Below, piece after piece: positions 1 through 11,659 of a stretch of DNA of 64,000 bases. Below the pieces are notes generated by a model. It ran no database searches. It was not told where the DNA came from and was given only the letters and a program-made list of their open reading frames with translations. Every line of letters begins with the position of its first letter. Within the stretch, counting starts at the first letter, position 1. The position numbers and the translations under genes were made by a program. Origin of the DNA: Adineta vaga. Its lineage: Eukaryota > Animalia > Rotifera. Where the stretch lies: positions 2,976,001-3,040,000 of the forward strand of contig CP075494.1 of the NCBI GenBank assembly GCA_021613535.1. Reading direction: 5' to 3'.

Positions 1-2
1 AC

Positions 3-581
3 TTCAAGAGAACAAAGAGACCTTTCTTGCATAATGGATTTATTGAGATCGATAATAATACGAATAGTTTTTGCTCACTTACCAAAACAGAAATAGATAC
101 TGAGCCGTATGAAGAAACAAATACAACGATCAATTATCGAACTTTGGACAATAGTATACCTACAGTTAAACGCCTTTCCAGACAATCATCATCTACTGTC
201 ACTACTGATTTAGTGAAAAAGTCAGCGAAGTCCGAAGTAAACGAAACAAAGAATAATATATTTAAATTACCAATCAAAACTCGTGTTACAAAATTATCGA
301 GATCTGAAACACAGGTGTTACCTTACATCGAACCGATCAGTAGTACAATGAAATCATCCCATATTCCAAGTAGTATTAATGACAAATTGAACAAAACAAC
401 AAGCTTTATTTATTGTAAGGATAAAGATAATATTCAATCAGTTAACCGAATTGATCATAGAAATTGCTCAAATAGACGATCCTCGAGTGTTGGTGGTGTT
501 ACTGTAAAGAAAGTGAAGAGAACGGCGAGTCAAACAGAATCAACGAATTCATTCGTATCTCATCGAATAAAACAAAAATAA
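3..581 (+). CDS. 3' end of an unknown gene, Ser/Thr/Lys-rich low-complexity tail (5' partial)
   Basis: Frame is open from position 3 to TAA at 579-581; disordered-looking composition; no domain recognised. Confidence 0.45.
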   Translation, partial: FKRTKRPFLHNGFIEIDNNTNSFCSLTKTEIDTEPYEETNTTINYRTLDNSIPTVKRLSRQSSSTVTTDLVKKSAKSEVNETKNNIFKLPIKTRVTKLSRSETQVLPYIEPISSTMKSSHIPSSINDKLNKTTSFIYCKDKDNIQSVNRIDHRNCSNRRSSSVGGVTVKKVKRTASQTESTNSFVSHRIKQK

Positions 582-689
582 TTAGGTATTAAATCTTGTC
601 TTTAAGTATACGAGTGACTATTTCATGTGTGTATTATTCAAAAAAATGGTTCTTCAAAATAAAATATACCCACCGTGTTGTTTATTTTT

Positions 690-1024
690 AACCATACGAA
701 TATTGATAATGTTCAATTATATTTATTTGGTGCTGACCAATGATATCATTGTTCACTTGTTATATTTAATTGTTTAAGTTGATTAAATTCATATTTTCTG
801 GCAAAATTATTTTCTTCATTTATTTCAATTGATTTTGATGTGAATTCTGTTAGACAATAAGGAATAATATGTTCAGAATCACTTGTATCTTTAACTAAAG
901 TATTTATATAAAGACAATGTTGTTGAATATCATTATGATATTTTTCATCTATTAGATAAAGATTTATTTGGGGTATACCAATGACCAGATGAATTAGAAA
1001 AACTAAACCAAACAATGTCTTCAT
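690..1024 (-). pseudogene. Decayed 5' fragment of a secreted/receptor-type protein (QINLY...HCLY...IIPYCL...NITSEQ.Y.WSAPI..IEHYQ family)
   Basis: ATG at 1024 gives signal peptide MKTLFGLVFLIHLVIG. In-frame TGA at 746-748 is followed by YHWSAP, then a +1 frameshift restores INIIEHYQ. No further coding continuation. Family recalled from memory as the N-terminus of bdelloid LDLa/EGF-GPCR-like proteins. Confidence 0.55.
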
Positions 1025-2004
1025 ATCGAATATGATTTGATTATGAAACAATGTTTTTTTCTGCATGAAAAATATATTTATCCTAACATCTGTTGTTTCC
1101 TGAGAGAAAGAGAAAGTGGGTGTCAACTCATTTTGTTAGAAATCATAAAATAAATATTCTTTATTCACTTTTTAATATGACATATGTATTCAATTAGAGA
1201 TGTGTTTGAACGATAAAACTGCTAAATGAGATTATTAGTCAACAGACAACTATCGAAGTCTAAGTATAGTTTTGAGTTAAAGTGGTAAATGATGAGTTGA
1301 GATACGAGAAGAAAAAGAATACTTCCTCTTCGAATATAGAAGAAACAACATTAACTATGGATGATAGAATTGTATACCTGTCACTGCAAATAAAGATTCA
1401 TTGGTATTCAACTGAACGTCAAAGGAATATCTATTACAATTGAAACTGTTCGATTATTGTTATGTTAATTTCTACGCTTCGAACTAACGGTCTGCTTGTG
1501 AAAATAGTAAATCAAAATTTGGTTTGATATTATTACTTGCCTTTGATGAAACACTATCGTTCTAAGCACTTGATTTCTATTGAATTATAATTATATTGGA
1601 AGTGTTATTCTTCATTTCAGGATTGAATACTTGTCTGAATCTTCCAATTTAATTAATACCTCTTGCTCATCTTTTTGGTTTATCAGATGAGTACGGTGTG
1701 CAACCTCAACTTTATTTCTTTTTTTTATAGATTACTTCGTTATCTTTCTGTTTCCCTTTACATTTAAAAAAATACTTGTAAAACGACATATTCTCAAAGT
1801 CTCGGAATACTTTATAATATCTCTGAAATAGATGAAAGATATAAGACAGAGCATATGTGACCATCAAAGAAGATAAATCAGATCATCTTCTAACAAATTT
1901 TATTGAAAATTAATTAAGATAATATTACGATTAATTAGAGAGAATAAGCGAGATTAGAATAAATGATTACAAAGTTCAAATGTGTATTCAACTGTCATGA
2001 TAAA

Positions 2005-4867
2005 CTATTTCTTGTGTTCTGATTTATGAGGCCGTTTTTGAACTTTCATTTCGTGATCAGTTTGTGGTTGAACAGATCCATTTCTATGAGTCTTTTTGAG
2101 ATTTATAATGCGTTCAAATAATGGAATGATAATAAGTTTGAAAATCAGAAAAATAAGTCCGAAGATTTCCAAACAAACAGTAGTAAAGAGAAAACTATGA
2201 AAGAGAACTTCTGATTGTTTCGCAATAGGTTGTTGATGATTTTTAATATAAAATGGTGTTTCACTAATCACTATTGTTAACGTTGTTTGAGAAAGAATCG
2301 CTGTTGTCAAATACTTCTCTTCTGATAAAAAGATTTGATTTTCATCTACTGTAAATGTTGGATACCAAATACCTTCATAATCAGAGTTATCATTGCCATT
2401 GATTGATTCTGTTTCGTTGATAACCTTAGTAAGTTGCAAATTGACATCAACAAGTTGAGCAAGTGTACGATCATTAATACTAAATGTTTGCCGAAAATGA
2501 AGTTCTTTTAAGGTATGATGCATCGTCTTATCGGCATTGCCAGATAAACCTATTCGCACACTTCCAATTAATTGAATATCATTGATGACTATTTGCATAG
2601 TCATTCCATGATAAGGTAACATGATTGTAGTCAATAATGTTCCATTAACACTATCAGTACAGGTCGTTGAAGATAAGATTGAAATGGACGTACTAACACC
2701 AAGTATTTGATTGATCGACAGACTTTTACATTTAGTCAATGTATTCAATAGATCAAAATGTAAGTAGAATTGTTGTTTGTCTAAGATATCGAACATAATC
2801 TGTTCTTTCTCTGATGGTGGAATAGAAAGCGATAGAAGATTTGTATCGAATTTCGCATTACGAAGAGATTTGTCGCAGAAAAGCGACGATGATGTCGCAT
2901 CTTCAGCTGGATATTGTTTTAAATAAGCATTGCCGAAGACAAATCCAAATGATACAAGAACTAGAATGGCCATAGACATTAGACCACCTATCCATAATTC
3001 ACCTTCGCCCTACGATAAAGTTTCAATATAATGATCGACTATAATAAAACACAAGAAAACTTACCACTAAATCTATTTGTCGAAGTATATTTTTAATTTG
3101 TGTTCGCCAAATATCGCTTTTAGGGTTTGCAGTCCAGAATTTGAGAATCACCATTAAAACTAGAACTAAAATGGCCATAATTATGACCACACATGTCCAG
3201 AAAAGTGGAGAGATGAGTACACAATGAAATGATGGTCCAAAAGTGAATATATTTTGGACAAGAATCTCTTCGTAAGCAGTTGATTCAGGTGATTTTGGGT
3301 AAACTTGTGCTTGAGAAATAGACTGTAATTCAATTGGGTCAATTTCAACAACAGCGCCAAGAGGACAGAAAGCCGATGACGAACATGCTAGGCATGCAAC
3401 ACCTTTAAATATATCCATTAGAAAAAGTTAATCGTAAAATATTATCTTACTTAGAGAATTACCGAAATTCTTTGATCCATTAGCACAAGGAAAACATGGA
3501 TAAATTCCCGTATCACTTTTGTAAGTACCGCCCATACACGCTACCTGCTGACTGATGATTGGCATAGTTGCTGTACCACGTAAAGTATTGGTATCGGTTG
3601 ATGCATAATATCCTGGTGGAGTTGCTAATAGGAAAAGAATTCCACCTGATCCATCAAGAATAGCAAGCGAAGTAGGTGTAGAAATAATATTGATCATCAA
3701 AGGACTAATTGCCGTTCCCAATGGTTGATGTGTATTTGGAATCATTGCTGTGACAGTTGTTCCAAGATGGGTGGAATTTGCATTGGAATAAAGATATACT
3801 TGAGATGAGAACCAGATATTATAATCGAGTGAATAGGCACTATTCAATACAGCTGCTTGATTCAATGCTATCCATGCTACACCTTTGGCAAAACCCAAAT
3901 TACCACCATTATCAATGAAACTGGTGAGAGTCAATCGAGTACCACCATTATCCACGACAAAGAACATGAGAGTATTCGTTGATGGAACACCGACAAGTAC
4001 TCTCGTATGATCAAATGGATTAATATCAACAGACATAACATACATAGCTGACCAAACACCAGTAGATCCCGCATTTGTTAACCGACTTTGCCATGTACTA
4101 TTTGTTGGTGTATAAGACCAAGTGTCAAGTATAGTCAAGTTGTTTGACATTAAGAAGACAACAGGTTTAGCACGAATCTGTGAATTTGGTCCTTGATCGA
4201 CAAAACCTGCGACAATTGTGAAATTGAAATCAGTATCTGCAGCACGTGGCATAAATGTAATATTATTTGGCCATATAGAATTACTATCGAGAACAGTGAC
4301 GATATTGTTAGAGTTGTTTTCAAATGGACGATAAATAAAAACAAAATCAGTGGCAAAAACAAGTGCAAACTGTCCGAAAGGATCAACACTCAATACCATG
4401 AACTCTTGATGAGAATAAGTCGAAACAAATTTCAATTGTTCTACTCCAAAATTATTGCATGAAATTGGTTGAGCAGCATTGGCGTACTGTTGTGGAGTAG
4501 TTGAATCATTATTTCGCCATAGACCAATAAATGTTCTATTATTACCTGTTTGATCATTCGGAGGTAACACTTCTCCGACAACAAAGAAATAGGGTGATGT
4601 TTGGTTGATATTCTGCTTCGCACCAATACCTACGGAGTAGACATAATGTTTTGGATCGTCATATGTGATTGAACATTGTAATGACGTTGTTGTGTAATTG
4701 TATGGTGCAAATTGTACGAGAAATGTCTTTGAATCACTTCTTGCTTCAACCATTATAAAATCATTTGCAGCTAATTTAATTCCATAAGCATCGTAGGATT
4801 TCGTATCAGGTGCAAAATCACCCATTAATTCAACAAATAACAAAGAAAACAAAACTATTCGACGCAT
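2005..4867 (-). CDS. Multi-pass membrane protein: signal peptide, beta-rich ectodomain, GCC2/GCC3-like Cys repeat, three TM segments
   Basis: Three ORFs join in frame through GT-AG introns 3403-3450 and 3010-3064. Signal MRRIVLFSLLFVELMG; CMGGTYKSDTGIYPCFPCANGS...CLACSSSAFCPLG Cys module; three hydrophobic stretches. Confidence 0.75.
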
Positions 4868-4948
4868 GATCTCTTTCTCAATCAGAAATCAAAAAATGAA
4901 AAAGTACTTTTGTTAGTTTCTATACATCATTGTCGCCTTAGTGCACTT

Positions 4949-5114
4949 TTCATTTCCGATAGTTTAAATTTTATTACTCCTCAAGTACACTTGCTCTCTC
5001 ACTCTTCATTCATTTCCGCTTTGATATAACACATATTTATCTCTCAAATAACTGACACAAAGTTTAATTTTCGCATTTACAAAAGACGTCAATGACTATA
5101 GTTATTCATTTCCG
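4949..5114. promoter_or_regulatory. Three copies of TTCATTTCCG (ETS or ETS-IRF-like site) in a divergent promoter
   Basis: Exact 10-mer at 4949-4958, 5009-5018 and 5105-5114, between the divergent starts at 4867 (-) and 5387 (+). Confidence 0.4.
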
Positions 5115-5386
5115 CACTTTCTGTCATTAGCAATAAAGAATCACGTCTAAAAACATTCAATTACATCTTCTTCACTATCATAGTTTCCACATTAAAAAAT
5201 GTTAATAAACTAATTATATTGCCTCAATATCACGCAAGAACAGACATCGAGATACAGTTTATAATTAATATATCTAAGTATAGATGAAGTTTCACATAAA
5301 TCGGCTTATATATAATACTATTTTAATTAAAGATAGGCACACACATTTTCTTTCTCACTTTTATATTTGATTCTATCAACATCACA

Positions 5387-6277
5387 ATGAATACAACTAT
5401 TAGTATCACTATTGATATAATGACATTAATTTTTATATCGATCGGACTAATTTCTTCAATACTAATTCTTATTCCTATTTTTGTGCATCAATTAAAACAT
5501 CCATTTAATATTCCGATGCTACTTTTATCTAATACTTATATTTCCATTGTATTCATCTGTTTTATGGTATTGGATACATACGGACATAATCTATACGGTG
5601 ATATTCATCAAACAATTTCATTTCGAAACAATTGGTGTTATATACGTTCTTATCTTTTACATGTTGGTCTTTCTTCATTATATCATTCAGTTCTTCTCAT
5701 GGCTTGTTATCGATTTTTTCGAATTATTCTATACAAATACAAACAATTAGAAACATTTCAATTTGTATTTAAATTAGTTCTTTTTCAATGGTTGATGGGT
5801 TTTATTTCGATGATTCCATTTACAGTTTTACATTGGAATGAATATGTACCAGAATATTACTTTTGTGAAATGTTAATTTCAAATTATTTCGCAATGCTTT
5901 ATATAAGTGGAATTACCTATTTAATTCCGGTCATTATGATTGCATTGATTTATATTTATATTATCTATTATATAACAAAATATAAAAGGCAAACATTTCT
6001 ACAAAATCGTCAAAAAACAATTCAACGAGATCTTCTTGTTCTTCGTCAAGTCATTATTTTGATAGGATTTATGATTAGTCTATGTTTTCCATCTGCTATA
6101 CTATGGTTGATCTTTGTAATTACTGGTTATGTTAATCCAATTAGTTATCAAATTGGATGGCCATCATTTGCCTTGTTATCATCGATATTACCGACAACTA
6201 TCGTTTCATTAACACCAAAATTACGTCAATTAATAAAGATTTTTTGTAAACAAAATCATCGTATACAACCGATGTGA
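5387..6277 (+). CDS. Divergent rhodopsin-like 7TM GPCR (intronless)
   Basis: 296 aa with seven hydrophobic helices; TM2 LLSNTY, Cys atop TM3 (WCYIRSY), YRFF at the DRY position, ECL2 Cys, TM5 YLIP, TM6 CFP. Confidence 0.85.
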   Translation: MNTTISITIDIMTLIFISIGLISSILILIPIFVHQLKHPFNIPMLLLSNTYISIVFICFMVLDTYGHNLYGDIHQTISFRNNWCYIRSYLLHVGLSSLYHSVLLMACYRFFRIILYKYKQLETFQFVFKLVLFQWLMGFISMIPFTVLHWNEYVPEYYFCEMLISNYFAMLYISGITYLIPVIMIALIYIYIIYYITKYKRQTFLQNRQKTIQRDLLVLRQVIILIGFMISLCFPSAILWLIFVITGYVNPISYQIGWPSFALLSSILPTTIVSLTPKLRQLIKIFCKQNHRIQPM

Positions 6278-6427
6278 GCAACTTTAGTTTACTAAAAAAA
6301 TAAAGTCATTCCTATAGAAAAACCGTGAAGGTGAGAATTTGTATTGATGATTCGCACTCTCACCCACTATAAATAAGCATTTTTACTTGGAAAAAACCAA
6401 ATAATTCATTGACTACAGATACGTCAG

Positions 6428-6761
6428 TGTTACGGTTTTTGATAGAAGAGATGTATGCGCTGAATGAACTACGCCTTTATTTATTTCTTCCTCTCAAGAA
6501 TCGCATCGTTCTGATACAAAACACATGCTTATACATACTCGTGCGTCAAAGAGAAGGAAAGACATAAGAAGAATAATCCATCTGATGTGAAGAATCGAAA
6601 GGACAAATATCATGCCTACTACGCATGTAAGCGAGAGCGTCAAAGTAAGAAAAAATGCTTTTAAGATGGATAAAATCAACTTAAAATTGATACTATGTTA
6701 ATTTTCATCGTAAATATAGCCGATTATTTATTTATATGGATTTATTTAATGTAATGCGACA
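6428..6761 (-). mobile_element. Possible solo-LTR-like remnant
   Basis: Termini TGT...ACA; AATAAA on the minus strand near its 3' end; purine-skewed interior; G-rich tract just upstream on the minus strand. No target-site duplication found. Confidence 0.22.
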
Positions 6762-6848
6762 CCCCACACAGAAAGTACTTGTATCATGTTATAAACTCAA
6801 CTTATTTGAAAGATTGTTTATATATATATATTCGTCGGAGTATATTTA

Positions 6849-7388
6849 ACCTATGTCTAATAAGTCTTTACATAAAATTCATTTCAGTATTTTCTTTCAA
6901 TAAAAAATTATCATTATATTTCGGTGCTTTTCGTTTTTTATAGTGTCTTATATTCATATCTTTTAAACGGTTACTAATAGTTTGATGATTCACTTCAAAC
7001 TTGGATCCTAACCGATGTAAAGAGACACCGGTCTCATGATCAACACGACATTTTAGTCGAGTGAGTTGCATTTTGTTTAATTTTCTCGGACGACCCAATC
7101 TTGGTTTGTCGCCAACATTACCAGAATCTTCGTATTTTTTTATAATGCTGTATACAGTTCGACGAGGAATTTTCTCCTTGATAAAGTGATTTACTGTGAT
7201 GTTTTTTCTTTTTATTAGCAATTTCGAGATAGAATTGCACAATTCTTTTTTGAATGGTTTCTCGTTCAGAATCTTTTGACAGGTCATATGACACTCTGTC
7301 GACCAATAGTTCGAAACAAAAAGAGAAGTCGTTTTTTTATGGTAAAAGCGAAAAAACATTTATATGCAAAGACTTATTAGACATAGGT
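6849..7388 (-). mobile_element. Internally deleted Tc1/IS630-type DNA transposon (non-autonomous, 540 bp)
   Basis: TIR ACCTATGTCTAATAAGTCTTT at the left end and its exact reverse complement at the right end; TA on both flanks. Encodes only the N-terminal HTH region (IPRRTVYSIIKKY...KPRLGRPRKL...KKRKAPKY), with a +1 slip in an A-run near 7205. No DDE domain. Confidence 0.85.
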
Positions 7389-7560
7389 TAATTGACCTAG
7401 AAACTACTTATCCAGTTTAATATAAAACTCTATTCTTCGTTATGAACTATGTACTTAACTATCTATGTAGAAAGTTAATCTGACTTGGATACAAAGATAT
7501 TGGTGAGAGATAGTGGACGGAAATTCAAGTGTAGCGTTTTTTGTTTAAAGAAATTCCTGA

Positions 7561-7884
7561 TTGAGTAAAATAAATTTTGATTATATAATTAAACAACTAA
7601 TTGAAATTGTATCAAATTTGTCAATTATAGAACTGTGTGAAATAGATACGAATATTGTTCTGCAATTGACAGGCAAGTTATTATCAGACTTTCAACCGAT
7701 AGAAAATTCAGAAATACTTGTAACAGCTATCATTGTGTTGTTGCACTCGAGACACGTTTTGCTTCATTATCATCGATGTGGTATGGTGTGGTCACTAAAA
7801 GCACGTGCATGTCTTCTCAATATGTTTGAAAACAATAACAATAAACTTGAAAATTTACTTGATAAGATTCAAGAACAAATATAA
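7561..7884 (+). pseudogene. C-terminal fragment of a VIT/vWA (VWA5A-like) gene
   Basis: LQLTGKLLSDFQ...EILVTAII, then in an alternative frame VALETRFASLSSMWYGVV, then back to KARACLLNM...LENLLDKIQEQI*. Two compensating frameshifts and no ATG. Family recognised from memory. Confidence 0.5.
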
Positions 7885-8202
7885 AAGTTTGCGTTATTAA
7901 AGATTTTCCAAAGCTTTTTTTGAAAATATCTTCCATAAATAACTATGATAACTTGAGGATGTGCAAGAGAGTATGTTCTTTTTTATAACCCACACCCACC
8001 CTAACGTTGTTGGGATGAGTAAAAACCTAATCTATCCTTTACATGATAATGTCTTATGCGTATGGATTTATCTTAATGTAATACCTGCAAAAATCAAGTT
8101 TTAGAGAGTTAATTGAATACATTCATAGAGAAAGACGAGCTCAGATTCACGTACATCATTTAAATGAACTAATAATTGTGTTTTTTTCTTCTGTATTTTA
8201 TT

Positions 8203-9111
8203 TTAATTAGACTTTGTTCTAAATGACTGACGTAATTTTACAGTAGTAAATGGAAGTATAAAAGAAAATAGACAAGAACTAACTGATGAAGACAACCATT
8301 GAACACGATAAATAAGCAAATCAAAATGACCATAAATCATATTGATTATCGAGATAACAAAAACGGGAAGTGATACACCAAAAAGAATGATCGCATTCAA
8401 TAATATACGACGCATAACAATATAATCTCGTCGATTACGAATCCTACATTGTCTTATCATTGACATTTGTTGTATTTTCCGTGTAATACAAATATAAAAT
8501 ATGCACATAACAGTATATGGCAAAGTAAAACTAATAATAGCTGTTAATATTAACGAATAAATTGATGCAAGTCTAACACTACAATAAACTTCATTTGAAA
8601 TCAAATGTATTCCATCAAATATCAACAATATTGGTAACATACTAATAAATACACATAGAAATATAGATGGGATAAGTACATAAAGATATACAAATGATTG
8701 ATGAAGCCATAACTTTAATGGATAAATAACTCGAACAAAACGAAAAAATGCGAGAAGAACATAATTCCAATACAAAATTCCAACCATTGAATAAAATATA
8801 TAGGCACGAAATTGACAAGAAAATGTTTCTTGAGAATTAGTTATAAATTGAAAATCTTGAAGTATGATTGGAATTGTTACATGAATAATTTGAACGGTAA
8901 TTTTAATGATAATAATACATAGAATATTTATAGAAAGAATGAAGATTACATTATTCGATGTTTGATTAGTTTTCCTATTTTTTATTCGATAATAAGAATA
9001 AAAAATTAGACATAAAAATATGAAACAAATTAAAAGACCAATTGTATCAAAAAAAGCAGAAAGAATATTACAAAATGAAAGAAAATTAATCGAAATTGTA
9101 GAATTTAACAT
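8203..9111 (-). CDS. Divergent rhodopsin-like 7TM GPCR (intronless)
   Basis: ATG at 9111; seven TM helices; SCQFRAY, AFFRFVRVIYP, EVYCSV, FTLPY motifs. Confidence 0.85.
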   Translation of the reverse strand: MLNSTISINFLSFCNILSAFFDTIGLLICFIFLCLIFYSYYRIKNRKTNQTSNNVIFILSINILCIIIIKITVQIIHVTIPIILQDFQFITNSQETFSCQFRAYIFYSMVGILYWNYVLLAFFRFVRVIYPLKLWLHQSFVYLYVLIPSIFLCVFISMLPILLIFDGIHLISNEVYCSVRLASIYSLILTAIISFTLPYTVMCIFYICITRKIQQMSMIRQCRIRNRRDYIVMRRILLNAIILFGVSLPVFVISIINMIYGHFDLLIYRVQWLSSSVSSCLFSFILPFTTVKLRQSFRTKSN

Positions 9112-9652
9112 AATCAAATATTCGTATAGATGGTTCTGTGCAATGTTTGAAAAAGAATATAATGAGATATTATTTGTTTTGACAGGTGAAATTAATTTAA
9201 TGATAGATATAGAAAAGTCTCTTTGTTTTCGATTCTATCACGTTCTCCTTATTCTTTATACTTTATGAACATCGTTCTTTATTATCACTTGATTAATAAA
9301 CATAATTTCTTGTAGAATAGTGATCTGATAAAAGTCATCAATTGCCTTTGTTGTATAAAATCAAACACGATTATATTTTCATTACAAAACGGACGAATAT
9401 TTACCTTATCTTATATACAATCAAAAGAAAACAGAAAAATAGGTATACCTCGTGGTTTTCTTTCTCTCTCTTATCGGTTGATATACAATTTTAATTAGTC
9501 TATAATCATAAAAATATATAAAGAAAGAACGTTACCTTTTCGATACTTATTTGGTTAAGAGAGAGAGAAATGGGTACAAATTTTATACAGATAATAAGAA
9601 AAACTTTGTACTTCTGTTGAACAAATATTACTTGTTGTTTTAGGAACATTTT

Positions 9653-11561
9653 ATGATGTCAAAGAGTGAACGATCTCCATTAGTGGTAGTTGTGTCCGGT
9701 GGTGGACCAGTTGGTCTTACATTTTCACTTAATTTAGCAATGATCATGGGTAAGAAAGTAAAAATAAATGTATATGATGGTCGTTGGTTTGCGGATGAAA
9801 ATGGTAAAATACAATGGCGAGGTGAGGAACAAGGTAATCGTCGACGTGATCAAGTTGTTTCATTACAAGATCATGTAATCGAACAATTACCAAAATATAT
9901 TCAAAACGATCTTTTTAAAAATATTGATGAACGTGTATGGCCAAAATCACGAAATATTCCAATACGTGAGGTTGAAGATCGACTTTTTGAATTAATTCAA
10001 CCATATGTTGAATCTGGTCAAATACAATTAATTCCTGAACGATTAGAAAAAGAAACGGATTGTATTCATCAAGGTAATTTAATAATTACTTCAAATAATA
10101 ATACAATAGAATCAATTTTATGTAGGTTGTTTTGATATCTTAGTTGGTGCTGATGGTCTCGAATCATTTGTTCGTAAATATTCAAATATTCCAATGATTA
10201 GTGAAGGTACAGAGAGTGCATGTGGTGTCGCATTCAATATTCCAAAAGATACTCCTCAATCTGAACAAGCATTGGATCAAGCATTGAATTGTATTTTAAC
10301 GACATCTCAAACACGTTTTTTAGTTAATTCATCGTTTAGTCGTAGTGGTTATGTAAATATTCGTTTAATTGAAAGTGAATTTAAAGAATTAAATGAATAT
10401 ATTACTAAATGTAAAACTGAAAATAAACCATGGGATTTACCTAATTATAAAGACATGCCATCTACACCTCTTTGGACAAGTATACGCGAAGGATTGGAAT
10501 ATTTTAAAATTTCTCCGAAATTTGTTACTCAAATTGCACCGATTAAAATCAATGTTTGTTATACTTCCGTTGTTGTTCGTGAACTTCGTATAGAAATTCC
10601 CAACGATGAAAATGCAAATAAATATGATGATAATTTGCATAAGAAATATAAAACTGTATTGGTGTGTTTAACAGGTGATGCTGCAATGGATGTTCATTTT
10701 TGGAGCGGCAGAGGAATGAATACGGGAATGAAAGGAGCAATTGCTTTAGCTCGAAATATTTCTCGTACATGTATTTCGAAACAATCATCGGATGAAAATC
10801 CACGATGTTCTTTTCTGCATTTCCTTGAATATGAAGGTTTTATGGCACGTCTTCGTGCACGAGAACTTCAAGGTCGTTCATTAGATGTTTTAATTCTTCC
10901 AATTGATCCTTGTGTTATTCGAGCTTATTTTCATACGTATTTAACGGATTCTCATTCGCCGTATATTAAAAAATTAGTGGAAAAATTAAAAAAGACTCGT
11001 GATTCACTGGAACAACTTCCGGATTGGCCGCATCAAAATCGATCAGTTATGGATGAAGAATTAGAATCTGTTGCAAAAAGAATCTCACCACTTGCTATTG
11101 CACAACTATCAATGGCCGATCCAGCAACACCACGCGAATTAAGTGATGTAGAAATATTAGTCGAAGATACTTTTCCATTTGATTCAAGAAATTATTTACC
11201 TAAACCAAAATCAACAACAAACACACAACCAGAAACTACAATTTCCAAGGAAACACCACCACCACCACCATTAAATGTTATTAATGGTATCAAATCACCA
11301 ACTGAATATATTCCTTCATCAACAACATCATCAAGACGAACGAGTAAATCAAAAAAATCAAGTTCACGTCGTAAACCATCCGAAGTAAGAACTGAAATTC
11401 CAGTCACAAATATGTATACAACACCTGAAATAAATGTTTCAAAAATGGGATTAATTAATACTTTTCCAGCTTATCAACAATATTTTTCATATCCATCAGC
11501 ACCAACAAATCATTTTGTAACGCCATGGGCTGATTTTTACATTTTCAATAGAAATCATTAA
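9653..11561 (+). CDS. FAD-dependent monooxygenase-like protein with Pro/Ser-rich C-terminal tail
   Basis: GGGPVG Rossmann motif; intron 10074-10125 joins HQG|CFDILVGADG (DG motif); GD motif LTGDAAMDVHFWSGRGMNTG. Confidence 0.8.
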
Positions 11562-11659
11562 ACTCAATTTTAAGTATTTATTTAATAAGCAAATTTTAGC
11601 TTAGCTTTTTCTTTTTAATCAATAAAATATATACAAAAATCGAATATTGTTTAAATCGA

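Noticed and set aside
746-748. Selenocysteine or readthrough TGA
   Set aside because: Followed within a few codons by a frameshift and loss of coding signal, so pseudogenisation is the better reading.
7195-7215. Programmed ribosomal frameshift at AAAAAAC in the transposase
   Set aside because: The needed shift is +1, not -1, and the element is already deleted; a homopolymer insertion is simpler.
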